From: Amoebophrya sp. A120
Lineage: Eukaryota > Protista > Dinoflagellata
Reading direction: 5' to 3'
Assembly: GCA_905178155.1 (NCBI GenBank)
Contig: CAJINV010000001.1
Location: 10,135,432-10,199,431, forward strand
Length of the DNA stretch: 64,000 nt
Under the pieces are notes generated by a model. It searched no databases and was not told the DNA's origin. It was given only the letters and a program-made list of their open reading frames with translations. This document shows, in pieces, positions 49,834-61,200 of this stretch. Numbering within the stretch: the first letter of the stretch is position 1; the number at the start of each line of letters is the position of its first letter. The position numbers and the translations under genes are program-made.

Positions 49834-50829
49834 GAGGTCTACTGCTTGCAGCATGGAGGCCCAGAGTCCACAAGCCTCCACCAGGGTTGGGGACTCAATC
49901 AATGGAGGTTTTTTCCCAACTCTGAGGAGAACATGAAGACCGTCGCAAAAGAGATAGCCGAGGGGCATGCGACAGCAGCCAAGGAACGTGCCGAGAAACA
50001 CGGGTACCCAGATGCGATTCATTGGAAAATCGTAAATCTGCAGTGCTGCATGCATCCTGATTTTTCTACACACTTGCAGGCAGCCCTCGAGCAAGCCTTC
50101 CAGGACAAGGGCTTGCTTGATGCGCCTGGTGCGAAAGTGAGTCACCTGCACTGCAAGGGCAAGGACGCGCATCAAATTGACGCGGAAAAGAAAGGCAAAA
50201 CGACTTTAGCAATAGCGGGGCCCGGACGAAGTTCCATGTGGTTCAGACGGGATCACGAGGAGAACACTGATGATAAAAAAGTGAATATTGAGCGCGACAT
50301 TAAGAAGAGAGAAAATCCGCTCATGGAGCACAAAAAGGATCCAGATGCGTTTTTCAAGCAGCAGCAGGAAAAAATCGACATGGCTCCTAAGCGCCGCACG
50401 CAACTGCATGACATGATTGGGGATCTGACGACGGTCTTTCGCGCATATGAAGAAACGGGCGAGGAACACACTCCTCAAGCGAAAAAAGTTGCTGAAATGC
50501 AGGAACAAATCGCGCAACAGCTGGACAACTTGCACCTCCATCAAGAAAACGGCCAGGGTGTCGCCACCGCGCAGACAGCAGAAGAGCGAAACGCCCGCGC
50601 CCAAAGATTGTCTTGGGAGGACAGGACTCAGGCCGGGACTCCTCAGGACGAAGACGCTCGCCGAGCTGCGTTGCTTGCAGCAGCATCAAGTTTTATGACG
50701 CGGTCAAATTTTTTTACGCAAGGACCCACATTCCAGCCCGCGCCGTCTCCCAGACGAGCTACCGGGGCTCAAAATGGACGAACTATGACTGAGAGAAAAT
50801 CTGGCTTTCTCAAGACGCCACGTAAGTAG
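49834..50829 (+). CDS. Giant protein, probable further exon (stops at 50829 or splices at gtaagt 50822)
   Basis: ORF 49846..50829 lacks an ATG at its start and is in frame with the upstream join. Confidence 0.65.
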   Translation, partial: EVYCLQHGGPESTSLHQGWGLNQWRFFPNSEENMKTVAKEIAEGHATAAKERAEKHGYPDAIHWKIVNLQCCMHPDFSTHLQAALEQAFQDKGLLDAPGAKVSHLHCKGKDAHQIDAEKKGKTTLAIAGPGRSSMWFRRDHEENTDDKKVNIERDIKKRENPLMEHKKDPDAFFKQQQEKIDMAPKRRTQLHDMIGDLTTVFRAYEETGEEHTPQAKKVAEMQEQIAQQLDNLHLHQENGQGVATAQTAEERNARAQRLSWEDRTQAGTPQDEDARRAALLAAASSFMTRSNFFTQGPTFQPAPSPRRATGAQNGRTMTERKSGFLKTPRK

Positions 50830-50992
50830 CATGCAGCCGAAGCCTCTCAGTTTGTTATTTTTGTCTGGATGTCATAGTCATTCTCAGCAACGGTTGCTGG
50901 CTTTTTCGCTCGAATTGTTCGTAATAGTATAACAACTTGTTACATCAGAAGATACAGCTTTCGCTTCGCGTTCGCCAGACGAGGCACTAGAT

Positions 50993-51038
<46 letters not shown>
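50993..51038. repeat. (TAAG)11 microsatellite
   Basis: Eleven perfect taag units followed by ta. Confidence 0.97.
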
Positions 51039-51351
51039 CATACATCACACCTTCCGCCGTCCTGCTCTTGTTTTCCACAGTAGGCATTGGGAACTTGAGC
51101 TAATTGTTCTGTGACGGTGTCTTTTGAGTTGAGTTGAGGACGATGTGTTCTGCTCCTGTTTGCATGTCATCCAACATCCCGCTTTGTGATTTTACCTAAA
51201 TGGTAATATGGAAAGCGATTTGATGTTGGTCCTTGGGCAAAAGGCAAAGCGTTTGAGACTACCAGATTTGTTTCTGGCATAAGTTCCGGCCCGTATGAAC
51301 CTCGCGGAAACCCTTCACAATGGCACGGCATCTTCCAGAGCAGTCATACAG

Positions 51352-53741
51352 AAGAACATCCGGATCCGTCGGCACCTTGTGCAGGAGTCGGAGTAGATGA
51401 CTCTGTCGGAACTTGGGGCAGGCGTCGTGAGGCTGGTGGCAGGCCCGCGCCGGTGGACGACGAAAGAACAGGACAACTGAGCCGGCGAGCCTCTACTAGA
51501 CCAGAAGATGGCAACTCGGAAGGAGCTCCTGCTGCGTCACTACTAGGAGGCGACGCGCAACACCGCTTTTCCCAGCATGATTTCGGCAACATGGAGCGGG
51601 AATCGCCGACTCTTGGCCCCGCTGCTGCGCCCGTGGTTAGCACGCAGTCACAACACAGATTCACGTTGCCGGGTGGACCGGGAGCTCCCGGTGGCCACGA
51701 CGACCTATTTTCTTTGCCGCCGGCTGCTGCGGGTGCGGGGTCGTCCTCCTCGTCCGGCGCGGGAGGGCACCAGCCGCCGCAGGGGCGTCAGTCTGAGCAC
51801 GAGGATTTCGCGTTTCACGACGCGATTGATCCGCGAGATCGAAGATCCAGCATTAGCTCGATCCCCGGGGACTTGCAACCGGCGCCGCACCCGGCCCCGC
51901 AGGTGGTCGCGGGCGCTGGGGGTGCGGAAAACTACCCCGACCATTACTCGTACGGGTTTGGCATTGCATGGGAGAAAAAAGTCGTTCTCGGGAGGGAGAG
52001 GCCAGCGGTACCCTTTTCACACCACGCTGATGTAGCAGCTATCTTCCAGCAGCGACCCGATTTCTTGCCGGCAAACCCAGACACTGTCAACTGCGGGGGT
52101 GGGTTTGATCATGCGGCTCGTGAATACAGAACGTTTACGGGTCTGAAGGATACCGCAGGGAAAGAACGCGACTTCACGGCTGTGCCGCTCTCCGCGCTGG
52201 ATTCCACTGTAGTGCCTGGCAGCGCAGAGGATGTTCTGAAGCACATCCGTTTTGGATGGTTTCAAAACCACATGTCGAAGCAACACCAGAAGTATGAAGC
52301 CAAGAACGCGATTAAGATGCAAGGCAACCTCCCCGCGGGGTTGGATCCAGATACGTTTGACACTTCTCTGAACACGAACCCGATGAAGGCCGGGCTGGAG
52401 TGGATTCTTGGTTGCCCCGAGAAGCAGCTCGACTTTCGCTTGGCTGCGCCTGTCGAAGTGGTGCAAGAGGTGGCGCAGCGTTGGCCGAAGCCGTCTCGTG
52501 CAGAGTCTTTTTTTGTTAAAAACCTGGGTTTGACTTGTCGCGGGCGGTGGGATAAAGGAGTGCTGCAGCCGCAACAGGAGACGGTCTACAAAGCGAACCA
52601 AAGATATACCACACCGCTTCACAAGATCAAACGCGAAATGGAGGAGCGGGAGCGGAACAACGCGGGTCCCCGGCACCGTACGAAGTGGACGATTCCCTAT
52701 CTCGGCCACGACGGGACGGAGAAGCACTGCCACGTATCAAGTGATGCCGGCGCAAAGCCGTACACCACAAAGGAATTCCACTATCTCATGAAGTGGGGAG
52801 ACCTCGAAGCAGACATCAACCGGGGCAAAGTTCGGCTGTTGCATTGGGACACCGACCAGCCGCTGGATAGAAATGCCTCGATCCAACTAGTCAGGGACTA
52901 CAGGAGGGCCCACAACATCGGGGAGGACAAGCTGCGCCGCCATCATTGGCACCCCCTAAACCGGGCGGACGGGCGAGCGGTTTTTGCGGGACCGCACAGT
53001 AATCCATTTGCAGTTCAACACCAATTGTATGAGAGGAATAAACAAGAATTACAGCAGTGTCGCCCTCTCTGGGACGACACGCAGGTACACCAGGCGGCCA
53101 CGAAAATGACCGTGGAACACAACTGGCAGAACCCATTCGCACCGCACGTTGATCCCAAGCCGCAGGTTCAGGCAGATTACACAAGCGCCCGCGGCTGGGC
53201 AGGGTCACCTGACGGGCCGTACGTTTCTGGGCGAGCCCCCGGAGCTCCGCAGGATAAGGGCGAAGCGAAAGGGGTTCAGGACGCTCCGCCTGCAAGTCAA
53301 GCAACAATAGAAAGGTGTCGCGCACTCAATGCGGAGCAAGAGAAGCTGCAGGGCGCGCCACCCGTTGTTCGTCCGTGGCCACCCGCAGGACATGTTGATC
53401 GGGCGCGGCCGATGCAAGAGCGACCACGACGTCCAAGCTTCGTCGAGTACGGCACACAGCGGCCGCGAGAACAGCAGCAGCAGCAACAAAGAGGACCCAG
53501 CGCACATCAATCCGGGCCTGGTATTAATCCTTCGTCCAGTGTTGGTCTTCGTCAGTTCTCAACACGCCGCAGAGCGTCTGCTTCTGCACACGCAGGACCG
53601 TACACGGCAACGCAGTCACCTGCCCCAGAGCCCTCGCAAGCGGGACAGAGCCTACCGAGCGGTAGCACTGCTGGACGAGGAAGTCCTGCCGAGCCTCCGC
53701 CGGCGGACTTACCGCAGAGCCGAAGAAAGTCGGTCGGATAA
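51352..53741 (+). CDS. Unknown protein (~760-800 aa): terminal exon of the giant gene or a separate gene
   Basis: ORF 51453..53741 is open upstream. The AG ending at 51351 is phase-compatible with donor 50822. Disordered ends flank a W/H/Y-rich core with no recognised domain. Confidence 0.6.
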
Positions 53742-55229
53742 GAAATCTTTCTCGCGAGGAGAAGTAGAAAGCGCAATGTACTTAATAGTCCAGGCCGAAG
53801 ACAAGCTGAAATAAATATTTTCCTGTCACAGACGAGAGAGTCATCACACGTATGGACGATGTTGAGCACTATCAAGTCACAGATGAGAGTGACGCGTTCG
53901 CAGTTGCTCAAGCATGCCATGCATTTTTTCTCAATTTTACATAAACAAAGTTTGATTTTTGTTTTTTCGATTCTGTTTCATAAGTTAGGCACCGTAATCC
54001 AACCTCAATAAGAAATGTTATGTAACTTCTGTGATTACAGCATAAAGATGAACCTAACCAGAAAAACAAACATAATGGAAATGATGTTGATTTGTCACTG
54101 TAGTGAACCGAAATGAGCATATGCTGTAGCACATACAGAAATAAAAAGAGGACACTCACACAAGTTTCATTGAAGTATGCGACGGATAGCGTTTTCTGCC
54201 ATACATCATCATGATATACAGTGAGCGGAGCCACGCACGAAAGTGAGATGCAGCAAAACAAGATAAGTAAATAGATTCATTGATAGATAAAATAGTTTTG
54301 TAAGGACGACCAGCTCGTCAGGTACCATGCAAGTGATATCAAACACTACAAAGACTGACTTCTAGGATCATGCATTTTAGTAGTTTTGCTTTTGTTTTTC
54401 CACGCTGCATGCATTTTAAGTGAAGTTCAAGTTGAACAATCACGCTTCCACAGATAGCTATTCTTTTTCGATTTTGTTAATAGTTGCAATCACATTCAGA
54501 TTCGGTAACGGTATGAATTTGAGCTTTCCAAGAAAGTCACGCAGCGACCACTTCCTCTCGAGCTAGCAGATGCCAGCAACGATTGATAATTGTAATGACA
54601 AATGCACTTACGAGGAAGAGGATTGTTGACGCCATGGGAACCACCGGTGTCACCTGATGAAGATTACTTAAGTACGGTGCTACAATAGCAATTTGTTTGC
54701 GTATTTATGCTTGAGCAGCAGAGCATGTTGCGGTTTACGGTTTCGCTGTGGAAAAGAAACAAGAGGATAAATCAACCATTTGACTCTCAGGCCCAACAAC
54801 ATCGGGGTTCTGCCTCTGCTTGCGCGACCAGCCAGAGTATGCGTGGCTGTGACTTTTCTTTTTGCCCAGGGCACCCTGTTCGCTTCTGCGTGTTACTGTT
54901 TCTTACAAGCAGGCAACCAACCGCAGCTAATTTTGCTACTGGCTATACAGTATGATATGAAGAACACTGACTATTCAATACATACGCTATAGCTTCTGTT
55001 TGAGTTGTTTGTCCAGTTCGTCCTTCGGAGAGTCGTTTGCGAGTCTCAGTTTTCGAGCGTCGTACTAGTGCCTCTAAGTAGAAGCACTGGCTCACCAATA
55101 GGAGTTTGGAGCAATCTCCTAGCACTTGTTTTTATCGAAAAAAATATCAAGGTTTGTCCCTGCAGAAACAAAGCAGCCCGTTCGACGGGATGTAGGATTT
55201 TGAAAAGCCGCGTCAGCCGCTCCGGAAAA

Positions 55230-57118
55230 ATGGGCGTTCCGACGTGGATTATCGGTGTCGCGCTGCAGAATGCGTCCTCCTTCACGTGCACTTTGGGACT
55301 GGTCGTCCAGAAGTGGGCGACGCAGCAGAAAGTATTTCGGTCGTCGGTGTGGTCCTTCGGTTTCGTGCTTTTCATGGGCGGCCAGCTGTTGATGCCCGCC
55401 GCACTCACCATGGCGCCGCAGTCGGTGCTGTCCTGTCTCACGCCGACCACGTTACTGTTCAATTCGGTGCTAACGCCCTGCATCTTGCGCGAAAAATTCA
55501 CCGCCTACCACACGGCGTCGATTATCTGTATCTTCCTGGGTTGCTTCATCACAGTACAGTTCGGTATGCACCCGGACGAGGTCGAGGGTGGAAATGATCG
55601 TCAAAGCGGGATTTCTTCTAGAACCCCCTCGTCAACATCGACATCAACTGCCACGTCAGAAGTAAACGGTCACTATTCTCCGGCCACGGATCCAACGCCC
55701 TTCCTCACCCTTCGCACGGTGCTGCACCTGGGAACGAGGCCGATGTTTCTCGCACTGGTCGTGTTTTCTGCGCTGGTGGCACTGAGCGTCGCCAAGCCGG
55801 TGGTTGAGTGGCGCTGGAGCGGCGCGCCGACGAGTGCGCTAAAGAAGCGTGTCACACCCTTCCAGTTGATCCTGTTGTCAACCATTTTCGGGGCGGTCTC
55901 GGTGACCAACACAAAAGTTGTTTCCACACTCTTTGCGGACAACTACCTACTGGACGAGGGCAAAATGAACCCGCAAGACGCCGCGTCTGCCAGGGGAGAT
56001 GCGGTCGTGGAGCAGCGCCGTCACGACCCACGCAGTGCAGTGGATGCGGCTGGTCGTGGTGTTGACGCGGCGGCCAAGACCGCGGGCGGCGCTGCGTCGG
56101 CGATCGCCTCGTCCTCGTCAAATCCGGTTTTTTGGCTGTTCACCACCGAAACTGGACTGGCCTGCTTGATCCTGATTCTCTTCGGCATCGCGGGAGTGGC
56201 CGTCGTGTCGATTTCTCTTCTCAACTTATCCATGGTGCTGTTCAGTTCGCTGACAACGGTACTACGTGCTGGCCTCGTTGTTCCTGTGTCCTACTTGGGC
56301 TACTGGGTTTTTTAGTTTTAATAGCACCTTCATCATACTTGTTTTCTAGTAGGTGCTATACTTTTTAAAAACTTCGTTCCTGACGGCCGCCCTACTAGAC
56401 GATCAGTGCCTGCATGTGCTTGTTGTCAATCAGCTCACCCTATTGATTCACACCTCTCGAGCTTCATCAAACAAAGAAACAAGCACAGGTCACGTTGAAC
56501 TGCGCATTGGGGCTGGTGATGCAGTTGATCTACGGTGCCGTCTTTTTCGAGGAGTACAAGCTGTACTCTTTTTCTGCCTTTTCCGCCACCGTCCTGGGCG
56601 TTTGTTGCTCTTTTCTGGGGCTCGGATTTTTGTACTTGCACGGCAAGAATGAGGATAGCGCGGACCACGTGGACTTGCTCTCTTCCTCGCCCGGGATGAA
56701 AAATTTGGTGTCCGGAGGGTCCGCACTGCCGTCGCCAAGGAGTGGCGGCAGAGCGGACCTGCCCGGCTGCGGCGACGCTGCCATTTTACAGGGCCGCGCG
56801 TACCAGGTTCTCGAGGATGATAGCAGCACGACAACCGGAATTCTAGAGACTAACACGACCTCCATCTCTGCTGGCTTCAGCAGCGGGGGAGCGTCAAGCA
56901 GTACTAGTGGCTCCTCGTCCTCAACCATGGACCGGGGAGGCACGGGCTACGTAATCGACCAAGTAGCGGGGGCGGTTCCGTCGCCGAACCGCGTGGAGTT
57001 TTATCACAGCACACAAAGAATGCGAATAGCCTCACCGACAAGCAAAACTGTGAACGTGCCACGCCCAGGGATTTCACGGTCGAGTGCCGGATCACGGTCG
57101 AGTGCCGGAAACGAGTAG
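55230..57118 (+). CDS. NIPA-family (DMT superfamily) Mg2+ transporter; exons 55230-56258 and 56489-57118
   Basis: IIGVAL..SSF..LGLVVQK, WSFGFVLFMGGQLL..AALTMAPQSVLSCL..LLFNSVL..ILREKF and IYGAVFFEEY match NIPA patterns. GT-AG intron 56259-56488 joins SLTT|VTLNCAL in frame. Confidence 0.85.
57074..57109 (+). repeat. Perfect 18-bp tandem duplication in the NIPA C-terminal tail
   Basis: tcacggtcgagtgccgga x2 (SRSSAG SRSSAG). Confidence 0.9.
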
Positions 57119-58211
57119 CCAGAGTGAGAAGTCACTGACACAATAAGAATGTCCGCTTTGCGAAGCAAAAGTCCTCATCTACAAAAAAAATAGTTTCGCT
57201 GTATTTCCATGTGTTCCTCTTCCTGGGCCTACAGCTACACCGACTACCGGTACCGTTCTTCAAGTCTCGGCTTTTCGTTTTGCTTGCCCCCTGTCGTGTG
57301 ACATCGTGCTATTTGAGAACATACGTCCACGTGATTCATAATTTCTTGCGATTCGGTTTCAACGGTATGTCGTACTCGGTAGTGAGACGTCCTTTATCGG
57401 TTTGAAGAACTCGTTCCCGATGTCTTTTGAAATCGTACGAACGTGGTCGTCCTCGCGAAGCATGCTAAGTAGATGCAGTTGTCAACCGGTTAGCTTCGTG
57501 CCTGCTAACCTGATACACTTGTCGGTCCGTCCGATTGCCGCTCCAGGAAAAAGAGCAAATAAAGATAGGAACAAGAAACGAATTCTCTTTTAGCCAATTT
57601 CTCTCTTCGTTCCTCGTAATTTCAGTATTTCAAAAATACCACCAGGAACCCATGCCCAGTTTCTCACTAACTACCCAGATTATAATATCAACCCTGTATA
57701 CAGTATGCGCCTTTTTCTACTACCCAGCTACCACTTCTTGTAGACATTTCTATTTCATCAACGTCCACTTTCTTGTTTCTTAGTCTTAGACTGAAAGAAT
57801 TCTTGTTTAGTTACTACACGAGATGGCGAAACGGTGACGGAAGATGCATTACGCATGGCGTCATGATCAGTTTCAGTTTCAAACTCATCCTCATGTATGT
57901 TTCTTTAGGTCCACCCTAGCTTGAATACGGAAAAAATCGTTATTTTTCTCGTGCATGCAAACGGACAGTCATTGGAATTGTAATTGTTTGAAAGCAGAAC
58001 AACGAGTTGGTGATGCTTTTACTTTTTGTTCCATCAGCGCTCCTCACAACAAGCCTGCTACAGTGTCCTGAGGCACGACCGGCGAATTGTCTCCTTTGCT
58101 CACAGTTTTACTAGAGGCTGGACGCCACTACAAGTACGTCGTGATCGTGTAGAAGGCCTTCATCACGAGGAAGAAGGCTGTGCCTGTGCCCCGTGTCCTC
58201 CGCGAAGCAGG

Positions 58212-61200
58212 ATGGATTCTCCCGGCAGACCGGAGCCGATGATGTTCGACGCGGGTGTCGGCCGAGACACTAGGCGAGCGGACGGCCTCGAGCTTGGCAC
58301 GGTCCCCCGAAGGGTCGATGATGTGTGGGTGCTAGATGAGGCAGAGCACATGCTGGTCGATACCACGAACTACGTATTGGCGATGAGCAGCGACACGCTC
58401 GCCTCCCTGTTTGACATGAGCCCCTTCCGCACCGCGCGGCTGTACTCGATCCTGCACGCAGGCGGCCTGCGCAAAAACACCAGTCTAAGTCCCTGGGAGT
58501 TCTCGACCCTGCTGAAACGGGTGGGCCTCGTCACCGAGCAACGGCTGGAGGGCGTGCAGATGCACTGTCCGGACTCGCGGGACCCAGACCGCTGGCTGTT
58601 CTACCACTGGTGCCACTTGCGGAGAGAACAGAACATGCTGCGGATTCCGAATTACCCCCGGCCCACGCTGCCAGAGACGGTCTACCTGGCGCGGGACGTG
58701 CTGAAGCCAATCAATCCTAACTTCGAAGGAGATGAAGCTGCCGACCGGGGCCTTCCGGGCCTCTCGGAGGGCACGGACCTCGAGCGCGCGCGGGATTTCT
58801 ATTGGCAGATCAGCAGCCGCACCGGTCTGGAGCGCAGCCAGCTGGTACGGAGCGTATACGCTATTTGGACGGCCTTTGCCGAGCCATTCCTGGATCGGCG
58901 GGAGCAACAGATGGTAATGTTGCCGCAGTACCGGCTCGCGGACGTCTTGCGGTACGCGTCCCTCCGTGCGTTGCTGATGACCGACGACGCGGCAATCGAC
59001 GAGGAAGCATCTGCCGGGCTCGCTCCGGGCGAAGACAATGGGGTTTCCAGCGGATTTCTGGTCATCGACTACACTGCAGACATGGTGTACGAGCGGCGCA
59101 TCGTTGCGGTGCCGCCGCGAGGAAGCCGCGCCACGAAGGTGCGGCGCACAAACTCGGTCGGCCACTTAGAGACGCAGGTGCAGCACTACGAGATCCGGGA
59201 TTTTTTCCTCTCCCCCCAGCACATGCCATCGGACTCGCCGATGAAGATGCGATGGATCGCGTTCACCATGGGACGCGGCAAACAGGGCAAGAGCACGGTT
59301 TTGCGCCTCGCCGTAAAGTACCGGATCCATCCCCTAGCCGTCGAAGACGCCTTGTCCCTGAGCGAGCAGGCGCCGTCGGGCCGCATAACTCGGTACGATA
59401 ATCGTCTTTCCGACCTGATCCGCCTGACAGCGACCAAAAGCCTCGACGAGAGGGCTGCCGGGCGCAGCCCCGTGTCTGGCGGGGGGTCGGTGGGATTCTG
59501 GGCTCCGGACGACCAAAGAAATTTGGATAGTTTTTCGATGGCGATGCCGACGAGAGCCAGTGCAAAGAGTGCGAACGCGTACTCTCTGGCACGCCAGGTG
59601 AAGAAGAGTGGGCGGCTCGTTGAGGGTGCGCAGCTCCAGAATAAGTCGATCCTTTCGACATCGACGAGCGCGCTGGACGCAGAGCAGGGGGACGAAGAGG
59701 ACGAGGACGCGGCGGCGCGCGCCAAGGCGAAACGCCACGAGGACCAATCGGTTGGGGAGCACTGGTTCGTGTCGGTGCCGCTGTTTCGCCTGAGCCAGGA
59801 CTCCCGACAGCGGATGCACTCGGCCTTGGCCACCTTGGAACGGCTACACGGCAACTCCAAAAACCACAAGAGTGCCATCGACCAGCACCGCGGCGCCATG
59901 GCCCACACCGCGGCGAAGGAAAAGGCGGGGCGGGGCAGCTTCAAGGCTGCCGCAGAGGCCGGCAGGCAGCGCTTAGAGGCGGCCAAGTCTGTATTCGGGG
60001 GGAGCAAGGCCAGAAAGCGGCACACCCGGCACATCGACACCGGTATACAACCGAACCTGGGAATTGAGGTCGAGTCCTCTAAGCTTGGGCTTATCGTGGC
60101 CGTACGGCCAATATGAGAGTGTACAACGCCGCTTCCATCTCATCTGTCATGTATGTAACATACCAAGTCAGCCGTTTGCCCCCTATTGCATTGGCACTGC
60201 TTGTTGCATGACAGAATTGATTCGCAACAGGAAAAATGGAATCTTGTACTTATGAGTGTGTCGTGCAAAAGGAGCTGCATCTTCACCACCACTACTTGGG
60301 TTGCTGTTGATGCCGTCCAAATGAGGGGGAGGGGGAGTTGTGCACTCGCATACCGAACGGGCGACCTTGTCATATCTATCGCGACCCCCTGGCACCAGAC
60401 GCGGGTCAATATGACCGACGAAGCAGTCAAAAAAGCCACAGAGGAAGCCAAGGAGGCCGCAGCAGAAGAGGCAAGAGAACTGGAGCAGGAAGCCCAGAAA
60501 AATGCCTCCGAAGGTACAAAGCGCTGTAAACCTAACTACAAAAGCGATCAAGATCATCTGATTTTACGAACCTGCCATGAAAATGAGAATCTGTCGACGG
60601 AGAGCGATGCCGTAGGAACATCCTCCCGCGTATTCTCGAGCAATTGATCCTATGTGTGTTGTACTCATTCGATGGGCCGGAAAATACTCATAACAGAGCG
60701 AAGCCCAAGCCTTTCAGTACCTTCCTCGTGTGTCTAAGTATTGCTTCTGCACGCCCGACGTCCGACTTACTAGCTCTGCTTGCGAGTAGTGCGAGATTTC
60801 TCCAGCAGCAGTGTGGCTGTTACTCGGCTCTACCAGCAGCATGTTTCATTGCTATTGCCCTCCTGCTGTCATCTGAGCATATCCGGCTCAGGATCAGTTT
60901 CAGATACCACTTATTTATTTTTCACTGAAATCTTTACTTCAGGTTCAGCCAGCGCCAAGGACACGGCCAAAACGGAGAGCGGTTCAGGAAGCTCAATACG
61001 ACATGTGAAAAAGAAGAGAGGAGCAGAAAGTAAGATGTCCCAGGCAGAGCTGGCGGAGATGTTGCTGGATCTGGCCGGGGATCTTTCAGAGGATGACTTC
61101 ACGTCTAGCGACGAGGAAAATGACGCAACACGGGGAAATGAGTCAGAGGTACAGGTCGCACTCACGGGGGCCAAGAAAACACGCGCAGCTCAAAAGAACA

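Noticed and set aside
55005-55229. N-terminal extensions of NIPA (from 55005) and CorA (from 58026) in the ORF track
   Set aside because: They rely on non-ATG starts under a bacterial code; the first plausible ATGs are 55230 and 58212.
56259-56501. NIPA intron as another TIR introner (weak acgtg...cacgt inverted match)
   Set aside because: A clean GT-AG intron (56259-56488) explains the join, while the inverted-repeat/5-bp-repeat register does not restore the frame.
59278-59300. GKQGKST in CorA as a Walker A motif
   Set aside because: It lies in the CorA N-terminal loop before HPLAVED, with no supporting P-loop NTPase context.
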